Source of the DNA: Ignicoccus islandicus DSM 13165
GTDB taxonomy: Archaea; Thermoproteota; Thermoprotei_A; Sulfolobales; Ignicoccaceae
Reading direction: 5' to 3'
Length of the DNA: 32,000 nucleotides
NCBI RefSeq assembly: GCF_001481685.1
Contig: NZ_CP006867.1
Span: 900,001 to 932,000 of the forward strand
The translations under genes were made by a program, and so were the position numbers. The notes under the pieces are model-generated. The model saw only the letters and a list, made by a program, of their open reading frames with translations, made no database searches and had not been told where the DNA came from. Shown here piece by piece: positions 7,611 to 15,896 of this stretch (positions within the stretch are counted from its first letter, which is position 1; each line of letters starts with the position of its first letter).

Positions 7611-10600
7611 ATGAAGCTAATGAAGGGTGGAATAGAGAACGTAATAACGTTAACGATACTCGTGATATTGTTAGTCTCAGCTATAATGATATTAGTTAGC
7701 GCCCTAGCTAGGCAAACGTCGCTACTTCAGACTCAAATAGAGAAAGCGTCCGAAGAGAAATTGAGCATTGCGTTGGCAACGAAAATAGGAGGTTGTGCGA
7801 GCAAGGTCTTCGACGTGGAAAATGGGGAGTGGGCCGTTATAATAAAGACGAACTCAACCGTGCCTTTCTGTAATTACGTAAGAGCCGTTCAAATAATAGG
7901 TACCCTGAACGGCGTTAAGAAGAGCTATCTAATAACGCTGAACCAAACAACCAAGGCGTGGGAGAGCCCTCAAACTTTAGCTACCTATCCCTCTTCTTGT
8001 GGAACGCCCATCAGCGTTCCTTATAGTCTCGATGGGTCCACTACCCCTCAAGGAACCTTCAGCAACGTAGTCCTCGAAGTCATAGGAATACCGAAGGAAT
8101 TCAAGCTTCAGTCCGTTCAGATACTAATAAGCGACGTTGGTTGGAGGGAGCTCCAGAGCTGTATAGTCGGTATCGGTGGTGGAGTAACGTATCAAGTGAC
8201 TCAAACCACCACAATATACAGCGTAGGTCCAGTTACTATAGTTGCGAGCGCGAACTTCAATCCCATGAAGTACCTATGTCCGCCGCCGAAGACCGTAGTT
8301 GGGGACGACAACGCTTACGAAATAGCTGTTATCTTGAATCCGCAAATGAACGGTACTAGGAACGACGTCCCGACTAGTTACTTAGTAGACCTCAAGAGCT
8401 TAATTGAAAGGGCGGCCCCGCCTAGTTCGCCCTTGAAGGTAAACGAAGACTACGTTTACATAAGGAACGTGACCGTCCTCGGCTTAAGGTCCACTCCAGG
8501 TTTAGGTCCCTATAGCTTAACAACGACTGGACCTCTACCTTGGAGCTTTACTGCATTGAACTATACCTCCGACGTTCCGCTGTATAAGAGCTCTGGGGTT
8601 CTAACCATAGGCTTTAACGCAACGACCCCAATGACCCCAACTAGCTTAACTCAATACAGCGCAGTCGTTTGCTTGTACCTAGGAATAAAGGGGCAAGTTC
8701 CAGCAGAAGCGACGGGAGTACTGGGCGACGTTAATAACGACGGTTACACCGATTGGAAAGAGATCAAAATACCTGGAGTTAGCAACGACCAATACAAGTG
8801 CTTCACCGGGACGGACTTCCACTACTGTTACATACCATCTATCTATGGTTACTATAATAGAACTCTAACCGATAAGTACGGGATTACGCTATCGGGACTT
8901 CAAGAGCCAGTAGATTCAACTCTCAGAGTTCCGAAAGTGATAATAAAGAATCCGAACGCCAAATCGCTCTTCGACTACGTAGTTAGAATAAAGCTCCCAA
9001 CGGAACTAGTCGGGAAGAACCTAACAGTACTCGATATGAATGGAGGGAAGCTCAGTTTCTGTTACGAAACTTCATTGGGCGACTGTTCGACCAATGCTGC
9101 TGAAGGAGATGGTTATATATGGGTAAGAGTTCCCTACATACCGGCTGGAGATAAGGCAGTCCTTCAGTTAGTTGAAGGCAAGAACGGAGCTAGGAATCCG
9201 CTAGAGGTATTCCCAGTATACGTAAGTTTCAGGAACGCTACCATGGACATAGACGAGTACAAGTACATCTGGTACTTCCCGGGCAACGCGTGGACCTTCG
9301 TAGCGGCAGTTTTCGATGATGCGAATGGATATACGAACTTCGTCAATAGCGATTCTGACTTCACTATAGTAGCGGACGTGCGTTGGGATGCAGCGCCTAA
9401 CCCAGACGTAGACGATAGGGTCGTCTACGGAACAGATGAATACTCTTCTAGGTTCATATACAACGTCTATCCAATTGCTTACAGCTACGACCCCAACACT
9501 GGAAACGGATGGGTCTTGGCCCTCTACAAGGGCCTGCCATTCATAAACGTTTATCGTAACGGAAACGCCGACATCATTGAGACCGCTCCGGAAGCGCTCA
9601 TACCGGGAATAAAGTATAGAATAGTTGCTGGCGTTGATTTAACTAACGGAAAGGCTTACGTTAGCGTGTTCCCGCTAGAGGAGGAGAGGGGCGAGAGACC
9701 ACAAATAACTTCCTTGACCAATGAACCTAAGAGGTTCGAAATACCCAACCAAGTTGGCCACAACGTTATAGTAATATCCGATGCGGACTATGCTACTCGG
9801 TCTTCCTTCTGGTCAACTAGCAACTACGCGTACAGCTTCTCGGGAATGATATATAACGTAACCTTGTTCGATGACTACCTAGATTCCAACGTGGCCGTTA
9901 GCTGCTACTTGGACTACAACGAAACGCTATGTCCTAAGATGGTATTTTACCTAAATGGATCAGATAGCGATGGACTTTATGCCAACCTCAATGGCATCAA
10001 TCTCAAGGCAAGGATATTTACGTTAAACGCTGACAATAGAAGGTTTAGCGTGAACGAGGTTACTGCTACTCCGTATCCCTTGGGCGGTGAGATCGATATG
10101 ACCGTCTACATAGGAGGCGACAAAACGCATCCAGTGAAAGTAGTAATGTATGGAACGCCAATGAATAACTTCTACGACCCTAACGCTGTAATAGACTTAG
10201 AGAACGTCGTCAAGAACTTACCTTCCATGTTCACAGGGGAATCATTTGTGATGAACACTACTGCCTTAGGTCTAGATACTGCATGGAACGTTATGCTCAA
10301 CATGCCAGCTCCCGAATCGACGAAGTACGAGGTCGTTGTTGGAGTTAACGGTGGAAGCTACTCAGACTATAATTCTCTATATGGCTGGAACATAATTTAC
10401 CCGCTAATCCCAGCCGTTGTTGCAGACGATACGGCTTGGTTGAAGTGGATGTTCTACGAAGACCCAGTAGATGGATATAGAATATCGTTCGTGAGGAACT
10501 CACCGAACTACGACGCATGGAGGATATACTTCCACTCGTTCGGAACTACTGTGGCAACCAAGCTTAGCGATCCCAACAAGCTATACTATACCGTTCTGAA

Positions 10601-11438
10601 ATACGACATGAGTCGTCCGAGCGTCACTATAAAGATGTACGAGGGGGGACCTCTGGGCACGATATTCTACTATTCTCTCAGTGATTTAAGTCAAACCAAC
10701 CTTGCAATATACTACGAGCAATTGAGACCGAAGTACATCAAGTACATAGGCATGGGTTACATTTACAGCAACGACGCCTTAGTTAGTGAAGACGAGAGGA
10801 TTTACTACTACATGTTCATGAGACCCTTAGCTGAACTAGAGCCCAGCGTTGAAGTTGAAATGCCGGACTTGAGCTCCCCTTACGTGGACTTGCCTATAGT
10901 CTACTATAGAGATGAAAGCTTCAACGTGAACGGAAACAATACGGAAGCCACAATAACGTACGACTTGCTGGGTAACGAGACGGACCTAAGTCCATATGGC
11001 TACGTCTACCTATCAAACGCCAATCTGGGACCTTTCACTGAACTTAACGACTTCACGTCTAATGCCGTTGTAGCGCCATTGTGGAGCGATAGGTCGTACG
11101 ACTTCAATGTTACGTACGTGAAGCTAGGCTTAAGTACTCCAGAGAACTGGACCGCGGTAGTTTGGTACTTAGGCTTAGGCAACGTCTCTGTAGCGATTAA
11201 CGATTACGGCGACTTCGCGTTCGATTACCACGGCGAAATAGCTCTACCGAACGCTTACGCAATAGGTCTGAACAACCCAGCTACTGAGGAGACCTTGCTA
11301 ATTATAGCAAAGGACGGAAACGGGGAATATAACGGATTACTGGGAAGCTTAACCGAACTAAGCAACGTATCGATAGTCGGAATTAATAAGAGGAACTGGT
11401 ACGTGCTAATAAGCGGGCCTTACTGCATCAAGTGTTAA
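7611..11438 (+). CDS. Giant surface protein with pilin-like N-terminus, DUF2341-like and LamG/ConA-like regions
   Basis: MKLMKGGIENVITLTILVILLVSAIMILVSA N-terminus; DUF2341-like FDYVVRIKLPTELVG...YIWVRVPYIPAGDKAVLQLV; LamG-like region; EF-hand/dockerin-like DVNNDGYTDWKE. The ORF-track start at TTG 7509 reads through the palindrome and is probably too early. Confidence 0.75.
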   Translation: MKLMKGGIENVITLTILVILLVSAIMILVSALARQTSLLQTQIEKASEEKLSIALATKIGGCASKVFDVENGEWAVIIKTNSTVPFCNYVRAVQIIGTLNGVKKSYLITLNQTTKAWESPQTLATYPSSCGTPISVPYSLDGSTTPQGTFSNVVLEVIGIPKEFKLQSVQILISDVGWRELQSCIVGIGGGVTYQVTQTTTIYSVGPVTIVASANFNPMKYLCPPPKTVVGDDNAYEIAVILNPQMNGTRNDVPTSYLVDLKSLIERAAPPSSPLKVNEDYVYIRNVTVLGLRSTPGLGPYSLTTTGPLPWSFTALNYTSDVPLYKSSGVLTIGFNATTPMTPTSLTQYSAVVCLYLGIKGQVPAEATGVLGDVNNDGYTDWKEIKIPGVSNDQYKCFTGTDFHYCYIPSIYGYYNRTLTDKYGITLSGLQEPVDSTLRVPKVIIKNPNAKSLFDYVVRIKLPTELVGKNLTVLDMNGGKLSFCYETSLGDCSTNAAEGDGYIWVRVPYIPAGDKAVLQLVEGKNGARNPLEVFPVYVSFRNATMDIDEYKYIWYFPGNAWTFVAAVFDDANGYTNFVNSDSDFTIVADVRWDAAPNPDVDDRVVYGTDEYSSRFIYNVYPIAYSYDPNTGNGWVLALYKGLPFINVYRNGNADIIETAPEALIPGIKYRIVAGVDLTNGKAYVSVFPLEEERGERPQITSLTNEPKRFEIPNQVGHNVIVISDADYATRSSFWSTSNYAYSFSGMIYNVTLFDDYLDSNVAVSCYLDYNETLCPKMVFYLNGSDSDGLYANLNGINLKARIFTLNADNRRFSVNEVTATPYPLGGEIDMTVYIGGDKTHPVKVVMYGTPMNNFYDPNAVIDLENVVKNLPSMFTGESFVMNTTALGLDTAWNVMLNMPAPESTKYEVVVGVNGGSYSDYNSLYGWNIIYPLIPAVVADDTAWLKWMFYEDPVDGYRISFVRNSPNYDAWRIYFHSFGTTVATKLSDPNKLYYTVLKYDMSRPSVTIKMYEGGPLGTIFYYSLSDLSQTNLAIYYEQLRPKYIKYIGMGYIYSNDALVSEDERIYYYMFMRPLAELEPSVEVEMPDLSSPYVDLPIVYYRDESFNVNGNNTEATITYDLLGNETDLSPYGYVYLSNANLGPFTELNDFTSNAVVAPLWSDRSYDFNVTYVKLGLSTPENWTAVVWYLGLGNVSVAINDYGDFAFDYHGEIALPNAYAIGLNNPATEETLLIIAKDGNGEYNGLLGSLTELSNVSIVGINKRNWYVLISGPYCIKC

Positions 11439-11444
11439 ATTGAT

Positions 11445-12299
11445 TCATTTTTCCAGAAGTAACGCTATACTTAACCTCGGGAACTCGTCTAGGGGTTTGC
11501 CCATAATTCTCCCGAGCTCTTCAGCCCTGTCTACGAACTCCCATATCTTCTTCCTTACGCCCTCTAGACCGAATTTCTTGACTATTTCCTTAAAGACTGT
11601 CCCCGAAAAACCTACGTCCTTGTCCATGTCTCCGAGATCGTCAGCCATTTGATACGCTATTCCCAAATACATACCGTAGTTCCAAGAGACGTCAATTAGG
11701 TCTTCCCTACCGGCCGCTAAGGCGCCTAAGTACGTAGACAACGCGAAGAGGGAGGCGGTTTTAGCTTCAACTACCTTCAAGTAATCGCTCCAAACGTCGG
11801 ATCTGGAAGGAGGTCCGTAAACGTCCCATATTTCGCCTTTCGAGATAAGCTTCCATACCTCAACGACCTTGGTTATTGCCTTAATGCCATACGTTTTTAT
11901 TAACAGAATTGCGTGTGGTATTAGTAAATTGCTAACCATTACCGTGTTCCTCACCCCGTAAGCGATCCATGCGCTTGGCTTACCTCTCCTAACTTCGTCT
12001 TCATCTATTATGTCGTCTATTGACAAGGAGGCCGCGTGGACCATCTCCAAAGCCAGAGCTGCCGGAAGGGCGTCTCTAACGGTACCACCGAGAGCGGTTG
12101 CAACCATTATAGCTAAGGACCCCCTTAGCCTCTTTCCATCCATTAGAATGTACTTCCCTACTTCTATAGCCTTTCCCTCGTAGTCACTTTCGATCAACTC
12201 CTCTAGCTTCTTGTCTATTAATTCTCTCCATTGTATTAGCAGCTGTTTCACGTCGCTCACAGAATTATACCCACTGCCATTCTGCGAAAGGGTTATCAA
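11445..12299 (-). CDS. Polyprenyl synthetase (geranylgeranyl/farnesyl diphosphate synthase)
   Basis: DDIIDED (first Asp-rich motif) and YQMADDLGDMDKD (second); MDGKRLRG motif. GTG at 12260 is an alternative start. Confidence 0.9.
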   Translation of the reverse strand: MITLSQNGSGYNSVSDVKQLLIQWRELIDKKLEELIESDYEGKAIEVGKYILMDGKRLRGSLAIMVATALGGTVRDALPAALALEMVHAASLSIDDIIDEDEVRRGKPSAWIAYGVRNTVMVSNLLIPHAILLIKTYGIKAITKVVEVWKLISKGEIWDVYGPPSRSDVWSDYLKVVEAKTASLFALSTYLGALAAGREDLIDVSWNYGMYLGIAYQMADDLGDMDKDVGFSGTVFKEIVKKFGLEGVRKKIWEFVDRAEELGRIMGKPLDEFPRLSIALLLEK

Positions 12300-12371
12300 A
12301 AGTTATCCGTTATCGAATGGACAACGTACTTGAACTTCCTTCACCGCAATAACTAAACGGTATCTGGAGTA

Positions 12372-13496
12372 ATGTTGGAAGTAAGCGTTAGCTCCGCCGA
12401 GGCAATAAGTGGGATCCCCAAGTTTACGTCGGAGTCCAAGTTATGCGACGAAGTGATGATAGCTTACGTAGTTACTGGGGGAACCGAACGCTACCTGTTA
12501 GAGCTTTACGAAGCCTGTAAACCCAAGTTCCTTTTATTGGGAGCCTTTCCTAAAAGGAACTCCTTAGCAGCTGCGCTGGAAGCCTTGGAGGGTCTACCAA
12601 AGGGCGGACTTTACGTAATTAGAGACGAACGAGACTTCCTCAAGCTAAGAGCTATTGCCAACAGGGCCTCTAAACTGGCGAATTCCAAGGCTTTGTTAAT
12701 AGGCGGCGTGGCGCCTTGGTTGGTGGAAGTTCCGCAAAGGGAGACGCTCCGAGGAGTCCTCGGCCTCGAGGTAATTGACGTTGGGTGGGAAGAAGTGGAA
12801 ACAGCGTACGAGAGTTCGAGCGTTAACGAAGAGGAAGTCAAGTCACTCGTTTCCGGTGCATCCAAAGTTGAAGTGAACATTGAAGCTCTCGAGAGGGCAC
12901 TGAGGCTTAAGGAGGCATTGAGGAAGCTATTGGAAACCTACGGAGCCAGATCGTTAGCAATCAATTGCTTTGAATTAATAAAGAGAATGAATGTGACGCC
13001 TTGTTTGGCCTTATCGCTCCTCGCATCTGCTGGCACCCCCTCAGCGTGCGAAGGGGACTTGCTATCGTTAACTTCTCAGTGGATGAGTTACGTCGCCTAC
13101 GGCGTTGTAGGAGGCGTGTTTAACGTAGTGGAAATATTGGATCGGAAGGTTGCGTTAGCTCACTGCACTGCACCTATAACGATGTTGGATGAGTACGATT
13201 TAGTAACGCACTACGAGACCTCCGTTCCAGTAGCTATAAGGGGCAGGATCTCACCGGGTAGGGACTTGATAGCGCTTAGAGTAAATAGAGAGTTGAAAGA
13301 TCCTATAATATGGAAGGGAAAGAGCGTTGAAGGTCCTGAATTGAACGCATGTAGGACTCAAGTATGGATGGAGGTCGAAAACCTCTATGGTCTAAAGGGC
13401 AACCATCGAGTAGCGTTCCCCGCTTCCAGTTTAGCTGAGCTCTATTCCACGCTATGGGCGTTCGGAATAAGAACGAGGGAACCTCTTCCAACTTAA
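12372..13496 (+). CDS. L-fucose/L-arabinose isomerase-fold family protein
   Basis: Overall architecture and C-terminal motif VALAHCTAPITML...GRISPGRDLIALRV resemble archaeal FucI-like proteins; ATG start after a GGAG sequence. Confidence 0.6.
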   Translation: MLEVSVSSAEAISGIPKFTSESKLCDEVMIAYVVTGGTERYLLELYEACKPKFLLLGAFPKRNSLAAALEALEGLPKGGLYVIRDERDFLKLRAIANRASKLANSKALLIGGVAPWLVEVPQRETLRGVLGLEVIDVGWEEVETAYESSSVNEEEVKSLVSGASKVEVNIEALERALRLKEALRKLLETYGARSLAINCFELIKRMNVTPCLALSLLASAGTPSACEGDLLSLTSQWMSYVAYGVVGGVFNVVEILDRKVALAHCTAPITMLDEYDLVTHYETSVPVAIRGRISPGRDLIALRVNRELKDPIIWKGKSVEGPELNACRTQVWMEVENLYGLKGNHRVAFPASSLAELYSTLWAFGIRTREPLPT

Positions 13497-13530
13497 AAGG
13501 AGTTCTTCGGCGTTGGGACTATGAAGCAAA

Positions 13531-13986
13531 ATGAGCCCAAAGGAACTAGACGAGCTAGATTACAAGATCCTCTCGGAACTCATGAAGGACGCTAGGAAGA
13601 GCGTTAGGGAAATAGCCAAGGCCGTTAATTCCTCTCCAGCCACCGTCCATTCCAGGCTACAGAAGCTCATAAAAAAAGGCGTTATAAGAGGCTTCATACC
13701 GCTGGTGGATAGCTCGAAGGTAGGGTATCCGGTAACGGCAATAATAATGGTTAGCGCCAAGGGCGAGATGTTAAGGAAGTTGGAAGAGGAACTCAGGAGC
13801 ATTAAGAACGTTATTGCAATATATGACATTACCGGAGATTACGACCTAATGATAATAGCTAAGTTCAGGGACATGGAAGGCTTGGACGTTTTCGTTAAAG
13901 ACCTCCTCGCTCGGGAGGAAGTAGTCAAGACATTAACCCACATTGCTTTCAACGTAGTGAAGGAGGACTTGCGATTACCATTATAG
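13531..13986 (+). CDS. Lrp/AsnC family transcriptional regulator
   Basis: LDELDYKILSELMKDARKSVREIAKAVNSSPATVHSRLQKLIKKGVI (HTH) plus RAM/AsnC ligand domain. Confidence 0.93.
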   Translation: MSPKELDELDYKILSELMKDARKSVREIAKAVNSSPATVHSRLQKLIKKGVIRGFIPLVDSSKVGYPVTAIIMVSAKGEMLRKLEEELRSIKNVIAIYDITGDYDLMIIAKFRDMEGLDVFVKDLLAREEVVKTLTHIAFNVVKEDLRLPL

Positions 13987-14010
13987 AAAAGTTGAAAAAC
14001 GTCTTCTAAT

Positions 14011-15102
14011 ATGAGATCAGTAGCCATGAAAAGAACATCGATCTTGATTACCCTGAGCTTAGTTCTATTAAATGCAATTGAATTAAAAGTGCTCTGGGAG
14101 TTCCATGGAATTAATGGGACTATTGAAGACTTAAAGTTCTCGACCAATGGTGTATTAGGAGTAGCGTCGTGGGACGGATGCGCCTATTTGATTAGTAGGG
14201 AAGGTATTTTATTGAACAAAACATGCGGATCTAGAGAAGTTTTAGGTGTAGATTACTTAAGTGGAATTTTCGGTTTCGTTAATCGTAGTGGCGAAGTTTA
14301 CTTAATTTACGAAAACGGGACCCTATTGAAGTCCTTCGAATCTGACTTCGACCGCGGTCAAGACATAGGACTAATCTCCAATGGGTTCCTGATTTGTCGA
14401 GGCTACTGTACGCTTTACGATTTAAATGGTAGGAAGAAGTGGGATACGTTCGTTGGAAGGCAGATCGTTCTAAGAGGTCGCTTGGTAATAGGCGGGCGAT
14501 GCGTTTTAAGAGGTGGTGTGGAAGACTTAGTAATTGGTAAAGGCTACGCATTCGCGGCCAACACTTACTCGGGAAGACTTCAGATAATTAGAATGGAAGA
14601 TGGGGAAATAGTTAATACACTCTACTTCCCTTCTTGGGTGCAAGGAGTTGGAATTTGTGGCAGTTACTTAGCAGTTATCGTGAACACTAAACTATACCTT
14701 TACGATGTGAGCGATCCGTCGAATCCTAAGATGGTGTGGAACGTTACTGGGGTTAACGTGTCTTGCAACGAGCACTCTCCGGAATTCTCAATGAACTGTA
14801 AGTATATAGCTATACCTGATGAAGGAAACGGTCAATTGAAAATATATGAAGTGGAGACGGGGCGACTGGTTTACTTCAAAAACGTACCTGGAATATGGTC
14901 TGTAGCTTGGTGGAGGGATAGAATAGCCGTTGGGTTGTATAACGGGACCTTAATAATGTATAGAGTTACTGATGAGCTCTTGGATAGCCCAGAAGCTGAA
15001 GTGGAACCGATACTTTTGAAATTGAACGAACCAATAATCTCCTTGCTAGGAACGCTCTCGCTTAACTTCTTCAAGAGGGTAACTTCGAGAAGGCCTCGGT
15101 AG
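14011..15102 (+). CDS. Secreted/membrane beta-propeller-like protein (WD40/PQQ-like repeats)
   Basis: Signal peptide MKRTSILITLSLVLLNAIE and recurring blade-like segments (GQLKIYEVETGRLVYF, NGTLIMYRV); C-terminal hydrophobic stretch then basic tail KRVTSRRPR. Confidence 0.6.
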   Translation: MRSVAMKRTSILITLSLVLLNAIELKVLWEFHGINGTIEDLKFSTNGVLGVASWDGCAYLISREGILLNKTCGSREVLGVDYLSGIFGFVNRSGEVYLIYENGTLLKSFESDFDRGQDIGLISNGFLICRGYCTLYDLNGRKKWDTFVGRQIVLRGRLVIGGRCVLRGGVEDLVIGKGYAFAANTYSGRLQIIRMEDGEIVNTLYFPSWVQGVGICGSYLAVIVNTKLYLYDVSDPSNPKMVWNVTGVNVSCNEHSPEFSMNCKYIAIPDEGNGQLKIYEVETGRLVYFKNVPGIWSVAWWRDRIAVGLYNGTLIMYRVTDELLDSPEAEVEPILLKLNEPIISLLGTLSLNFFKRVTSRRPR

Positions 15103-15109
15103 GGTAACC

Positions 15110-15131
15110 GCGAGGTCATCGGAGACCTCGC
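15110..15131. other. GC-rich inverted repeat / hairpin downstream of the propeller gene
   Basis: GCGAGGTC-ATCGGA-GACCTCGC, 8-bp perfect arms, 7 nt after the stop codon. Confidence 0.5.
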
Positions 15132-15172
15132 ACACCCCGAAAATTCCTCATCGCTCAGCTACCCCGGAGCGT

Positions 15173-15745
15173 TCACCTCACGCCTCGGCGAGCATGACTC
15201 TCTTCATTGCTTCCTAATACGTCGCTGAGCCTCAACACGCTAATGAATTCGATCCCCCGGGAAGTTATTTCCTTCTCCGCGCCCTCTTCCCGATCTAGTA
15301 AGGTCGCAGCTAGGATCGGCTTTGCACCTATTTCCTCCAACGCTTCAATCGACTTCAATATGCTTGAGCCGGTGGTGGAGACGTCGTCAATTACTACGAT
15401 CTTCGCGCCTTCATCGATGCCCTCGACGAGCCTCTTTTGGCCGTACTCCTTCCTCTTAGGCCTCACGTATCCCATGGGCCAACCCAAGGTGAAGGACAAG
15501 TGCGCGGCCAGAGGTATTCCTCCCGTAGCTATTCCGGCTAAAGTAGCGTACTTAACCTTGCTCTTTATCTCTGCTGCCATTAATAATGCGGCTATTCTGG
15601 CCAGCTTGGGAAAGCTCCAAAGCCTCCTCATATCAACGTATATGTTACTCCTCTTTTTAGAGGATAGAATGAAGTTCCCTTTCTTGACCAGTCCGTATTC
15701 CCTTATTTTCCTAGCCAAGTACTTCTTGAAGAAGCAACAACCCAT
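15173..15745 (-). CDS. pyrE: Orotate phosphoribosyltransferase
   Basis: PRPP-binding motif KIVVIDDVSTTGSSI, YVRPKRKEYG and GNFILSSKKRSNIYVD. ORF track starts at 15871, but homology-like sequence begins near MGCCFFKKYLARKIREYG (ATG 15745); start uncertain. Confidence 0.85.
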   Translation of the reverse strand: MGCCFFKKYLARKIREYGLVKKGNFILSSKKRSNIYVDMRRLWSFPKLARIAALLMAAEIKSKVKYATLAGIATGGIPLAAHLSFTLGWPMGYVRPKRKEYGQKRLVEGIDEGAKIVVIDDVSTTGSSILKSIEALEEIGAKPILAATLLDREEGAEKEITSRGIEFISVLRLSDVLGSNEESHARRGVR

Positions 15746-15896
15746 ATTTAATACGATCATCGGCTCGTTTATCGCTTCGACCATTGCCTCTGCGTCTATT
15801 GTAGCACCAGTCCAAGGGATACCACTTAGGGTAGCTATCCCGTAAGCCTCCATGTACTTCTCCAGACGCAAAGCTCTAAGACCGGATGAAGGTTCA

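Noticed and set aside
15207-15845. 212-aa ORF on the + strand
   Set aside because: Antisense to pyrE; the PRPP motif on the minus strand shows the true coding frame.
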